64,000 nt of DNA, taken from positions 39,060,001 through 39,124,000 of the forward strand of contig NC_043010.1 of the NCBI RefSeq assembly GCF_006345805.1. Direction: 5' to 3'. The DNA is from Octopus sinensis. Its lineage: Eukaryota. The notes beneath the pieces were generated by a model that worked only from the letters and a program-made list of their open reading frames with translations, was not told the DNA's origin and searched no databases. Position numbers and translations under genes: made by a program. Below are positions 26,334 through 39,129 of the stretch, one piece after another; the first letter of the stretch is position 1; each line of letters starts with the position of its first letter.

Positions 26334-29300
26334 TAAGGTCGGCTTTGATTTTGCTTTCGAGATCAATTAGATAAATAGGCTCTGAGCACTGGAGTCAGTG
26401 TAATCGAATTTACTCCTCCTATTAAATCACTAGTCTTGTGTGAAAAATTCAAACCAGGATATTTTCCTTTTGGAAATATATTTTAAGTATTTTTTTAATA
26501 TTGCGACGAGTAACACCTTAAAATTACTATCTTGACTCATTTTCAATCTCTCTCTCTCTCTCTTTCAGTATCACTCCTAACTATCTCTCTCTGTCTATCA
26601 GTCCTATATTTCTCTCTCCATCACTCCCATCTTTCTCTCTGTCTGTCATTTAGTCTGACATTTTATTCTTTCTAAACACATGACCATCTTTCAATTTCTA
26701 TTACTGTCACTTTTACATCTCCCTCTTGATTTGTTCCTTTCGTGATTTCCTTCTTATTTTACATCAGGTAACTCATTTGCTGTTCCAGTTTGCTCTCCAT
26801 TATTTATTACATGATCAGCTGTTTTCAATGAGCAAGTAATAAATTGATAACTAGTAAAGATATTCTTCCAATATTTAGCTTTGCTTTTTTAAATGTTATT
26901 TTGCCCTAAATAATGCATGACCTAACACGCACAAGTAATCAAATACGTTTCATTCTCTATAATCACGACATTCTCGAAGGAATTGCATGTCTACTTTTAC
27001 ATCATCCCATCAATCTTTCTTTCTCAAGACGGCGACAGTCTAAGAATACTTCATGGTGAGTTAAAACCAAATGTGAACAGAACATTTCAAAGTTGCTTAT
27101 CCTCAGTTACTCATTTAGCGCATCCACCAATCGTAAACTAATATTAATATTAATGGCTCAATTAGGAGAGAGGGATAAGCTGAATACATTATTTACTTAC
27201 GGACATTTAGACTTTTATATCAAATATCGCTCCGAAATATTCCGAGTTGAGAAAACCTAACGATCCAACCGGGGTAGATGCCCTGTTTTACTTTGTGTTG
27301 TGTGATGGTGTGTGTATGAATATGTGTGTGGGGTGTGGGGTGGGGGGTTGTATATATGCTGAAAGGGTATACGGTGTTTCTTAAGAATTTTTAGATTTGA
27401 CGATTCCCATCTATCTCCAGATCAGAGCACAATAGATTTCTTTCAGCAAATAGAAGCAGAAATACTGAGAGATCAAAGAAACGAGAGAGAGAGAGAGAGA
27501 AAGAGAGAGAAGAGAGAGAGACAGAGAGAGAGAGAGAAATAAGAAGTAAAGGTGAGAGAAGGAGACACAAAAATCAACCTCAATATACCGCAGGTATTTT
27601 GTTTTGACTCCAAAAAGAAAAAAAAGATAAATTGATTTTGGAAATGTTACAACTCCGAGTGACCTTTTATCACTAATTTTCAGTATTTTGACAATGTTAA
27701 AAATCAATATAATTGCCTGAAATGGGGTAGGTAGGGGCGATAAAATAACGTGCACATTTTTATTAACGTTTTTACTCTCCTACAAAGTTTTTGGTCTTGT
27801 AACAATATTGGAGATCAATTACGATAGCTGATTTATTAGGGTTAAATTATATGTATATTCCCATCCCACCAAATTATGTAGACTTGTCCCAATGCCAGAA
27901 ATCATTATTTCTATTTTTTTTTATATATTTTTCCAGCAACTTAATGCCTGTTAGATTTTCCGCTTCAATTTTTTATACAAAAATTTTACTGTCATCAGTG
28001 TCATGATGTAGAACGATGTTATAGCAATTTGGCTTCATGCACTAAATTTGAGGAAAAGGCAAAAGGCATTATATACATGTATAGAAAAACAACATCAATC
28101 GACCGAAGAAAAGAGAAACAAAATGGCAAAACTATAACAGTTAATGATTAAAAGAAACAAAAAGATAATATTAAAACAGAGCGAAACATAATATAATTGA
28201 AAATGAATTGCTATGAAGTCAATTAGATACAAACCTATAATTATGTTTTTTTACAATGTTAAGATAATTAAAGGAAAGTAAAGCTATTTGAATTTTTTTA
28301 AAGTTCATTTTATGGACAGAGTGCAAAAACTCAAGCGACCGTAACGCTAGAGTTTTTTTCCTCACATCATATTTAATATGTCTGTAATTATCGTTATTAT
28401 TTCTGTTTCTGTTGCCTGTTTTGCTGACGTAGATCACTTCTCTGCTGTCTCTATTCTGGTGGGTAACTTTATTTAATGCCTAATAGATGAAACGAATATT
28501 AAAAGCAAAATTAACAAACTATAAACGCTTGTAGCACACGGAATTCGACAATTAAAAAAATAAATTCTCTCGTTTTATAGTCTCTTTAGAATTTTACTTT
28601 TGATTTGCTTTATTAGAATATTCTAAAAGTGTAATAGCATAATATTAGAAAAACACAGCAGGTCCATATTTTTAGTAGATGTGGAAAAATATGTATGTTA
28701 ATGACCATGTTATTCCTGTGAGCATTTTTGACCTTTATATATGCCATAGCATTAACAGGCAATTGAGGGTTTTCATGCGCATCGGCTCTCCATCACCCTA
28801 AAGAATGACTTGCTTAAATTCTCTAGTAAACTTAAGTCAGATAATGTACATTTATAATAATCATGTAGACCATTTATTATTCAGGAGGGAGAAGTGGAAG
28901 TGCATCTGTGTAACTTAATGCATTGCAAGCATGATGATGAAAATTCATTCCAAAAGATCGGTGTTTCGATTTTCTGGTTCATATTTACATTCCTTACAAC
29001 TATACATTGGTAAAGAAAACGGGAAACAAACGAGCTACTGAATGTGAAGGGAATAATTTCAAATGAGATTATGTCAGAATAACAAAGTAATGAAACGCTA
29101 TGGTAGCGAGAAGACGGTTTTTTCTGTCGAGTATCTCTCTGGGAAACAACGAGAGCAGCTGTTAACTACACTTTCCGAAGGTCAAGACAAATGGACATTC
29201 TGTGACATCACCTATAGGAAACTCACACCTGCCTCAAAGCGATCAACATCAGAGAGTGTAGTGACAAATTGAAAGCATTCAAATTGGAAAGATGCAGTCG

Positions 29301-30065
29301 TTTCAAGAAGGTAGCAGCTGGACGATGATAAATCAAATCAATTTGTTTCTGAATGTTCTTTAATTTTCTTTACATTTTGTCGATTTAAACTAATTAAAAG
29401 TAGTGGTGGAAATTCTAATTTCGTCATTTGTCCTCTGAACTGCTGCTTGCATTGAAATTTCCTCTCTATAAAGCAATTTTGTAGATACTAACCGTTACCA
29501 AAATTTGGTTTACCTTACGTGACAACAACGAGTAAAACTGCCAGCATTATAGCATATTCGTTTACGAGTCATAGCAAGCAGAATGTGGAACAGCTTCTGC
29601 AAATGCCAGTTTTGTCATCTCTTATAAGCCTGCAACAGAAGAATTCCTTCTTATCAGAACTAAGATCAATCATTGAATCCCACGGTTATCTGAAAGAATT
29701 ATTGAGAAGCACAGTAAGAATTAATGAAGGCAGCTCATCAGACTTTAACCAAATCAACGTGAACAAGCATAACTCAATTCAAAAAGCAGAGCGAAATACC
29801 ACTTACCAAACCGAAGACAAGAAATATATTGGTTTCTGATTTAGGCACAAAAGCAGCAATTTTTGAGGTGGTCCTGGTTGCTCTCATGGACCCCCAGTAT
29901 CTCACTGGTACTTTGCTGCATTGAACCCTGAGTAATGAAAGGCAAAGTTGACTTCAGTGGGATTTGAACTCAGAATGTTACAAACCAGAAAAATACCGCT
30001 AACCCTGGAAGCGTGCGCCGTCTCAAACAATAGAAAGGTATTCAAAGCAGTATAGATCTGATTGT

Positions 30066-30459
30066 GTGGAGGCACAATGGCCAAGTGGTTAGGGCAGCGG
30101 ACTCGCGGTCATAGGATCGCGGTTTCGATCCCCAGACCGGGCGTTGTGAGTGTTTATTGAGCGAAAACACCTAAAGCTCCACGATGCTCCGGCAGGGGAT
30201 GGTGGTGATCCCTGCTGTACTCTTTCACCACAACCTTCTCTCACTCTTACTTCTTCCTGTTTCTGTTGTACCTGTATTTCAAAGGGCCGGCCTTGTCACT
30301 CTCTGTGTCACGCTGAATATCCCTGAGAACTACGTTAAGGGTACACGTGTCTGTGGAGTGCTCAGCCACTTACACGTTAACTTCACGAGCAGGCTGTTCC
30401 GTTGATTCGGAACAACCGGAACCCTCGTCGTCGTAACCGACGGAGTGCTTCCAATCCAA
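30066..30459 (+). mobile_element. SINE family B, full length, 12-bp TSD
   Basis: Flanked by AGATCTGATTGT at 30054-30065 and 30460-30471. Confidence 0.93.
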
Positions 30460-30479
30460 AGATCTGATTGTCTATAGAA

Positions 30480-32200
30480 TAATAAAAATCAAACAAATCT
30501 CCGTGCGTGGCAAAATAAATTTCCGGGTGCAGTGGTAGCAGAAAAATGTACGAATAAGTCGAAGTCTAAACAACCAGAAGCTTACAGAAATGATCAAACA
30601 ATTGGAAGGTTACATTTCCAGAACCTTCTTATTAGTACGTTCCTCCTTTAATCGCATATAGACATAGAAAATGCTAATAAATATTACGCTAATGCCAATG
30701 GGGTTTCATATAAGACGAACAGTCTGATATACGGGAATAATCCAAAAATAGGATATCACGGGGCACTATGAAATAAGAAGTAGGGACATTCAGCAATGCC
30801 TTCCTTCAAATTTATGCCACGAATAAAGTAACCAAAGACTGGATATTCTTTTCTACTCTAGGCACAAGTCCGGAAATTTTGAGTGAGAGGGCCAGTCGAT
30901 TAGATCGACCTCAGTACGCAACTGGTACTTAATTTATCGGCTCCGAAGAGATGAAAGGCAAAGTCGACCTCGGCAGAATTTGAACTCAGAACGTAAAGAC
31001 AGACGAAATACCGCTAAGCATTTCGTCCGGCGTGCTAACGTTTCTGCCATCTCGGAAGTAGACTGGATATTGTGGGCCCTTAATCTTGAAAAAGGGAGAT
31101 TTTACACTTAAAAACAGAGGCAGTGTACTTATGATTAGAGAAGCCAAAATTTACAAACATATACTACAGAACCGTATATAGAGAGAGCTTACGACGCCTT
31201 ACAAATAAACGGAAACGGGATCAGAACGATCGGCCTAAATTTGGAGACCTAATAAAAGTTTGAATAATCGCAAAAGTATCTTCATGCTTTTTGAGGTTTT
31301 AAAATTTTGCAACCATGTCCTGCAAGTCAGAACTTATTCCATTTGCCTTTCTGCATTAAATACACCCGCTCCTCCCTAATTGATAACATTGCAGAACATG
31401 GTTTTTGAGTAGAAAAATTCCCATAAATTCGGCATTCCAATCGCTCAAATTTCCCTAATTTTGTCACTCGAACACAACGGTAACACACTCATAGTATTAT
31501 ACTGATAATATAGCTGTATTTGCAGATACCATCGTACAATCTAACACCCTTCCATATGACGTTGAAAATGTAGCAGAATATATTTTTCTCCGTGTCAATG
31601 CAATAATAACACTTACTTTAGTAGGAAGAATTCAGTAACAAAATCGTCTGAAATTTGTAGACACCGCCGTATGATTAGAAAGTAAGATGGTACCCAGTTG
31701 AAAAGTATATAAAAAGCCAGCTCATATAGGCATGGGATGCGATTGATAGCGTGTTTACTTTCTGAACGCCTTGGCGTGAATCTTATTTACATATCACGAC
31801 CTGGTGTGAATGGCTTCTAGAATAACCGTATGGGATAAAAAGGAGCGAAAGGCTGTTTTATTGAAACCATTTATATTACTAGAGACAGAGGCATCCATTT
31901 CTCTGGTGTTGCTGATTATTAATTAATGGTTAAACTCCTTAAGAACATTTCCCAACACTGACATGTACAGATACAGCCGTACAGCAAAAACTATATTTAT
32001 CAACCGGCTCTATATGATCACGGGATGTTTCACTAGAGCTATAGCGTATTATGATGCTCGTATTTGACGAACACAGGAAACACAATCGAATGATAAACCG
32101 TGTAGTGCACGGATAGTGACATTATTCTATCTATGCAAGCTCAATGGATACCTTGTTGATTAAATAACATATCATTACAGTTTCCTCTTATTTCGGCAAA
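30480..32200 (+). mobile_element. Heavily decayed RTE-clade LINE reverse-transcriptase region
   Basis: Broken frames give (P)KKGDF..KNRG (~31085), AKIYKHILQNRI (31143) and YTDNIAVFADTI...VENVAE...LRVNA (31498; the YADD-region equivalent). Left boundary uncertain. Confidence 0.65.
30848..31059 (-). mobile_element. SINE family C (short-tail form) inserted in the RTE remnant, 12-bp TSD
   Basis: AGACTGGATATT at 30836-30847 and 31060-31071. Confidence 0.9.
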
Positions 32201-34193
32201 GATGTTTGGCGCCCTTAACATTATTACTACTGTATGAACAGTTGAAATCAGTTCTATGACCTTAATATCTGTATATTTCCTTGATTATAGTATTATATCA
32301 GGAGGTGAAATTAGGTCAAGAAATCTTCCAAGTAAGTTTGTCGCAGATTTGAACTTGAGGTTAGACAGAATGATTAAATTATATTTAGATTCTCCAGCAA
32401 TCAATATCCATTCTACTTTTGTTAAGAGAAACGATGAAAGTGAAATTATTCAATTATATTCAGAACAGATGATTTCAGATATTCCAACATATCTATAAGT
32501 GACCTCATATTTCTTTTAAAATCATTCTTTTGTGTATGACAGCAATTTTTGATCCTCTAAAACAATATTGTTGGACTTACATTGAACTCCATGTTCTTTG
32601 AAGAATTTTATATTCATCAGAGACCCAACAACCCTGAAATTCAATCACTGATTGAGATTTTTTAAATGGAGGTTTTTTATCTTCAAAAATTCGTTTGCAG
32701 TTGTTTCTGTATAAACTGTGGTTGTAACACCAGTTTACGAAAAATTTGAAGTGAAAATTTACGTAATGTTTGTGGTTTTAGACATTAGAATGGAACTTCA
32801 TAAGACTTGCATCAAAGGTGCTCAATCACATGGTGCGTCGTCCGCCGTTTTTGGTCTTATATAGGGAGGGAACAGAAAACAGAAGTGCAGTTTGGGGATG
32901 GGTAAATGGCGTAGAGATCGTGTGGTGGTGGGGTTATAAAGGAAGAATACAAAGGAAGAGGAGGAGGTGAAGAAGAAGAAGATGATGAAGAAGAAGAAGC
33001 TGAAGAAAAAAAAAGAAGAGAAAGATGAAGAAGAGAAAGAAGAGAAAGAAGAAGAAAATGAGCTAAGAATATTTATAAATTGGGAAGGACAATATGTAAC
33101 AAATCATTTTATTTGGACTAAGAATTTTCATAACAATCGGTCAGCACAATATTGCCACTGGTACCAAATTTCGTTTAATGAGCGAAAATTTATTTGACCA
33201 TTAGACAACATTCATGAGGGACAACGTTAAAAAACGGAATGGGCATTTTGCGTAAACTGTACCAAGTAGAATTGGTGCAGAAACCATTGTAATGAATCAT
33301 TACTTAACTAACGTGTGCTCCAACAATCATGTACGAGTATCTACGTTTCGATGTTTACGAATGAAATGCGAATCACTATTATGAAACATTATTATGAAAC
33401 AATACATATATAAATGCAAAAGAGATAAGATGATAGAGAGGACTGAAAGATTGAAAACTCCGATCAGAATATAGTTTTTGGTCAGGAAAAAAATGTGTTA
33501 AAGCAGTCTTTCCATTGAATATATTTTGTATGATTATTTTATGTAAAAACCGCCATGTTTTTTTTTTTTAGCTTTCAAAAACCGAAACTGTAAAACAATA
33601 TATCAAAAGCAAGAAATAGAAGATTATCGCTGGCTTCATAGAATATATTCATGAAGCATTACATATTTAACAGCTACATGACACTAAGATCCAAATTACA
33701 ACATTAATAAATAGGTTGAATATCAACGTATTTCAAGGGAAATATTAAAATATATTCGTGTTTATACAGAGTCCGTAGTAATTCATGCGTTGCGTTAAAA
33801 TAGTGTTACTTGAATCGAAGTTCTTTTTGAAAGTTTGTAATTCAAACGAACAAAAGGAAAAAAAGAGAGAAAAAGAAAAACGTGCTAACATACGTGTTTT
33901 ATGAAATGGCGAAATATAGTTTCCGACCAAAGTTTTCAACTTAACGTGTCTGGATATTCAAAGACTGCAAAGGGTCCATTTATTTTTCAAAGTTGATTCT
34001 GGTCTGGTCTCTGCAATGTATTAAGGAGAAAAAGAAACTGCTTTTTTCTTTCAATTTTATATCTAAAATTACTCACTGAAATCTTGTCTTTTTCGTTTAA
34101 ATAAAAAACCTAGCAACGGAAAAATATCTAAAATGTTTCTGTCGAATGAAATGATCTGTCTCACGCCATTACATATTGACGTACTGAATACAC

Positions 34194-34232
<39 letters not shown>

Positions 34233-34248
34233 CACACGCGCACACACT

Positions 34249-34309
<61 letters not shown>

Positions 34310-34704
34310 ATGTGTGCGAGTGTGTGTTTGTGCTTGTGTGCGTGTTTGTGTGTGTCTGTGTGTGCGGTGAGGAGGTGTATGCGTAGATACTCACACGCAG
34401 AGATACACACGCATAAGCATACGCGTACACATATATTTGCTTAAACACATTATTTCCGTCTCTTACAAGTCCGTAGATGGACTTCATCTATCTCCCGAAC
34501 TGTTACGAATAGCAACCAATTCATTTTCCTTTTAGTTTCCAAATTTCATAATTCGTTTTAAACTTACGAAAAATGGATTGCCAAATATGGTCATCTACAT
34601 AGAAAAAATAACCATAGAAAAAATAACCTGGCACACACGCATACAAAAATACATATACATACGTATATATAAACACACACACACACACACATATGTGTAT
34701 ATAT

Positions 34705-34842
34705 GCGTGGCTGAGTGGTAAGAAGCTGGTTTCTCAACAACATGGTTCCGGGTTACCTTGGGACAGTGTCTTCTACTATAGCCTCGGGCCCAACCAAAGC
34801 CTTGTAAGTGGATTTGGTAGACGGAAAGTGATAGAAGCCCGT

Positions 34843-34901
<59 letters not shown>

Positions 34902-35160
34902 CATATTATATATATATATATATACTTAAATATACATATATATATATATACATGTGTGTGTGTTGCGACACCCCCACTATCGCTTGGCAGCCGAAGTTGG
35001 TGTGTTTACGTTCTTGTACATTAGTGGTTCGGCTAAAGCGAACGATAGAATAGGTGGTAGACTTACAAAGAATAAGTCCCGTGACCGATTTGTTCGACTA
35101 AAGGCGATGCTGCAGTATGGAGCAAGTTAAATGATTGAAACAAGTGAAAGAATAAAAGAA
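34705..35160 (+). mobile_element. SINE family A, near full length
   Basis: Head GCGTGGCTGAGTGGTAAG, CORE-like ACCTTGGGACAGTGTCTT, internal (TA)n, tail GAAACAAGTGAAAGAATAAAAG. Confidence 0.88.
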
Positions 35161-35456
35161 TATATAATATATATATATTAAAATAAGGGCTCAAAGATCC
35201 GGCGGAGTGTAGGACAAAACCCCCTTGGACATATCCCGCCCAGGACAAATCGCCCTAGGACAAAATCTTCTCGGACAAAGTCCCTTAGTTAAAGTGCGGA
35301 GGAGGACAGAACCGCCTCAGTTATATTGTGGGGGGAGGTATACATTAAACTGTCCATCATTTTTCGTTTTTATTCGTTTTAGTCATTAGACTGCTGTCAT
35401 GCTCAGGCACCATCTTAAAGTATTTTTGGTCGAATGTATCGGCTTCAGAACTTGTA

Positions 35457-36009
35457 TTGGGTTGTCCGGAAAGTTGGTGCCGATTTATACCAGCTTACAT
35501 TTCGACTTATTATAGAACATGGTTGAGTCCATAAAATAGGATTTAACTACACCTCCATTTAGAGCACAGTTTAAGCTATCTTTTCGTGGAAGAAGATTTA
35601 TGTTCCTATAACCTGTGTTAATTCTGTAACCCTTTAAAATGGAAGATAAGCAAGTTGCTTTTCGGCACTTGATGCTTTGGGAACCAGACAAAAATTGCTG
35701 CAGCTTGGCTGGGATGTGTTACCCCACCCTCTAATTTCACCAGATAGTGCTCCTACGGATTTCTACTATTTTAGGTCTCTGCAGAATAGTCCTAATGGTA
35801 AAAATTTCAATTCCTTCAATTCCTTGATGAATTATTTGCCATGAAACCACCTCAATTCCTGGAGGAGGGTATTTTCAAGCTAAAAGAAAGAGGAAGACGC
35901 ATTATGCAACAAAATGTTTCATATTTGGTTGACTAAAAATGTAATGTCAATTATTTATTGGCCTTTTTCTTTCCTTTAAAAATCGGCATGAACTTTCTGA
36001 ACAGCCCAA
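35457..36009 (+). mobile_element. Internally deleted mariner (553 bp) of the same family as 52213-53496
   Basis: TA-TTGGGTTGTCCGGAAAGTTGGTGCCGATTT ... AAATCGGCATGAACTTTCTGAACAGCCCAA-TA. The ORF start MEDKQV..RHLML is joined directly to the GTRQKLLQLGW region. Confidence 0.93.
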
Positions 36010-36598
36010 TATTTCAATCTGGTACTTATAGTATCGGCCTGGTAACTTATTCGATCACGAGTAGTGTTTGAACATTTTAGAGATTGCGACTTGTTCGGGA
36101 TTTTAAAATTTAAATCTTAACCTCTTCCCAACGCCTCCCCAATTTTTTAGTTTTTCACTTTTTTACGAATTTGTTTTCTTGTTTTGGTGGCGGGGAGGGA
36201 TTCAACGTAGAAAAATACGAAAATTATGATATTCTGAAAGAGGTGTTATCAAAAAAACTTAATTAAAAAAAAAAAAATTGACAGCCCCCTCCACATTGTG
36301 CACATCCATACCGACATTCAAGATAATTTAAAACTTATTCATGCGTAACCTGATTTTCAAACAGCACATGGAATTATGCCCAGAAGGTCTCTCGACATGC
36401 TATAAATAATAGGCAAATCTCTTACATTCATCTTTTTAATTATACATACGCAAAAACGGAAATCACGGTTACTAATTTTTTTCTATTTTCCAAAATTCCA
36501 AATTTTAAGTAAACTAAAATATATTCAATCGAAAATAAATAAGTAGCATAGAATAACAGAGCACTAGGGTCTTCACTACACAATGTAGACATTGTCTG

Positions 36599-36980
36599 GT
36601 GAAGGCGCAATGGCTCAATGGTTAGGGCAGTGGACTCGCGGTCGTAGGATTTCGGTTTCGATTCCCAGTCCGTGCGTTGTGAGTGTTTATTGAACGGAAA
36701 CACTTAGAGCCCTAAGAGACTCCGGCAGGGGTGGGGACGAACATTGCTGAACTCTTTCACCACAACTTTCTCTCACTCTTTTTCCCTGTTACTGTTATAC
36801 ATGTATTTCAAAGAGCCAGCCTTGTCACACTCTGTGTCACGCTGAATCTCCCCGAGTACTACATTAAGTGTACACATGTCTGTAGAGTGCTCAGCCACTT
36901 GCACGTTAATTTCACGAGCAAGCTGTTCCCTTGATCGAATCAACTGGAACCCTCGACGTTCGTAACCGACGGAGTTCCAC
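36599..36980 (+). mobile_element. SINE family B, full length, older
   Basis: GGCGCAATGGCTCAATGGTTAGGGCAGTGGACTCGCGG...CGTAACCGACGGAGT. Confidence 0.88.
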
Positions 36981-37908
36981 GATATGTTCTCTGAATTCTA
37001 ACAAAATGGAAAGCATTTATGTCCAGGAATCTGTTTTACTAGTCAAAAACGTTCATCATCAATATCATCAGCATCGTCATCATCACTATAGTTACCAACA
37101 TCGTCATCACTATCACCATCGCCAAAACGCGTGACCAGCTATAAATCCACCATTATCACCACCGACAGAAGTTCATTTGATTGCCTGCTCTTCGGCCAGG
37201 GGCGACGCCTGGCCGAAAGACAATCCGTGAAATCTACAACGACCGGAAAAAGATCAGAGGGAAGAGAAAACAAAAGACCTTAAATTTATTTGAAAATTAA
37301 TAAAAATGTGGACTCGATTTCGAATCCTGTCGAATCCTTTCCTGTAGCTGGAAAAATCGTCAATGATTTTTATTTTTATTTTTGCGATAAATAACAATAG
37401 ATTTTTTTGTAGCGAATATTCAAAAACGAAAGTTTATGATCCACACTAGGAATTTATTAAAAAAGTTACAATTATTATATCTCCTGCGCGGAATAAATTC
37501 GCAAAGGTCAAAAACAAAAATATAACCGAGTGTGTTGTAAGTGAACGAGTTTGAAAACATCAGGAATATTGGTGTAGACGTGAGCGGGATGTAAGGAGGA
37601 TGCTTGAACCCTTAGAAAAAAGATTTCTTTCAGATGCCTAATTTCTGTATCTAGGTGGAATCCCACTAAAATTTCCGCAAAAAGTGGAAAACAAAAAATT
37701 GAAGGTGGGTGTTGGGAGAGAGATTTAAATTTTAAAAAGCTGATTTTTTTGTCAGAATCGGGATTTCTACGTTGCCGAGAACATGAACAAGAAAAGAATA
37801 AAAACAATATATATATATATATATACGTATATACATACACACACACACTCACACACACACATACACACACATATATATATATATATATACGTATATATAT
37901 ATATATAT

Positions 37909-37943
<35 letters not shown>

Positions 37944-38056
37944 ACACATATATATATATATATATATATATGTAGGTCCCGGGTTGATTCGGGGTTAACC
38001 ACAGTAAATAAAGTACTCAATACATAGCAGAGTAAAATTAATTCATTATATAGAAG

Positions 38057-38108
38057 GAGCTTCTACAGGACTAGAACTGTTCATTCAAGAGAAATCTTCA
38101 GGAAGCTC
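38057..38108 (-). ncRNA. Type I hammerhead copy, core GAAAC reduced to GAAC
   Basis: Reverse complement of the same unit with stem I intact. One A is missing from the GAAA junction (mutation or homopolymer error). Confidence 0.55.
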
Positions 38109-38164
38109 ACAGTAAATAAGGTACTCAATACATAGCAGAGTAAAATTAATTTATTATATAGAAG

Positions 38165-38214
38165 GACTTCTACAGGACTAGAACTGTTTCATTCAAGAGA
38201 AATCTTCAGGAGCT
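38165..38214 (-). ncRNA. Type I hammerhead copy, core intact, stem I disrupted by 1-nt deletions
   Basis: CUGAAGA...GAAACAG...CUGUA is intact. The stem I strands read AGCUC and GAAGUC. Confidence 0.5.
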
Positions 38215-38261
38215 TCCTGAAGATTTCTCTTGAATGAAACAGTTCTAGTCCTGTAGAAGGT
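38211..38261 (+). ncRNA. Type I hammerhead ribozyme copy with weakened stem I
   Basis: Same core and stems II/III as 38318-38370. The 3' strand of stem I reads GAAGGU instead of GAAGCU. Predicted cut after 38255. Confidence 0.65.
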
Positions 38262-38317
38262 CTTCTATATAATAAATTAATTTTACTCTGCTATGTATTG
38301 AGTACCTTATTTACTGT

Positions 38318-38370
38318 GAGCTTCCTGAAGATTTCTCTTGAATGAAACAGTTCTAGTCCTGTAGAAGCTC
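38318..38370 (+). ncRNA. Type I hammerhead ribozyme (complete fold)
   Basis: Stem I GAGCUUC/GAAGCUC (7 bp). Core CUGAAGA at 38325-38331. Stem II UUC/GAA with a UCUU loop and a U-U pair at the base. GAA at 38344-38346. Stem III ACAG/CUGU. Cleavage triplet GUA, with the cut after 38363. Confidence 0.8.
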
Positions 38371-38613
38371 CTTCTATATAATAAATATATATATATATAT
38401 ATATATGAGCGAGTTTTGTCCTCACATTTTAAATTGTCCGAGGGGTGTTTGTCTCAATCTCACCCAGCCCATGTGTTGTTCTAGCGCAGGATTATTTTTT
38501 GTCACCTGAAGGGAGTGGAGCAACGTGAATTGTTTTGCCCAAGAGCAAAACGCATCGTCCGTTCCAGGAATCGCTCTTGAGTGGAGCACACTGTGATACA
38601 CACACACACACAC

Positions 38614-38662
<49 letters not shown>

Positions 38663-38734
38663 CATACATACGTAGATGCAAACATAAACGCATACATCAC
38701 ATACATATGTACACACACATACATGTATATATAC

Positions 38735-38762
<28 letters not shown>

Positions 38763-38765
<3 letters not shown>

Positions 38766-39050
38766 GAGGCGCAATGGCCCAGTGGATAGCGCAGCGGATT
38801 CGCAATCGTAGGATCGCGGTTCCGATTCCCAGACCGGGCGTTCTGAGTGCTTATTTTGAGCGAAAATACCTAAAGCTCCACAAGGCTCCAGGAGCGGGTG
38901 GTGGCGAACCCTTCTGTACTCTTTCAGCACAACTTTCTATCACCCTTTCTTCCTGTTTCTGTTGTGTTCAGCAACTTGCACGTTAGTTTCACGAGCAGGC
39001 TTTTCCGTTGGTCAGACAAACATGGAACCCTCGACGTCGTAACCGACGGG
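38763..39050 (+). mobile_element. SINE family B with ~100-bp internal deletion
   Basis: Head GTGGAGGCGCAATGGCCCAGTGG; CTGTTGTG is joined to TTCAGCAAC; tail CGTCGTAACCGACGG. Confidence 0.88.
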
Positions 39051-39055
39051 GATAC

Positions 39056-39123
<68 letters not shown>

Positions 39124-39129
39124 TAAATA

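Larger units (their letters stand above)
38000..38385. repeat. Tandem-plus-inverted array of a ~108-bp Penelope-pLTR-like unit
   Basis: CACAGTAAATAA starts at 38000 and 38108. 38041-38211 is the near-perfect reverse complement of 38215-38385, centred on (A)AGCT(T). Confidence 0.95.

Noticed and set aside
29063-29839. ORFs 29063-29272 and 29519-29839 in non-repetitive sequence
   Set aside because: No recognisable domain or consistent splice structure; lengths are within chance expectation.
32581-32633. Candidate 53-nt minus-strand exon (TTTCAG|GGTTG...TCAAT|GTAAGT) within a 66-codon open stretch
   Set aside because: Weak acceptor, no recognisable peptide and no partner exons. Needs RNA-seq.
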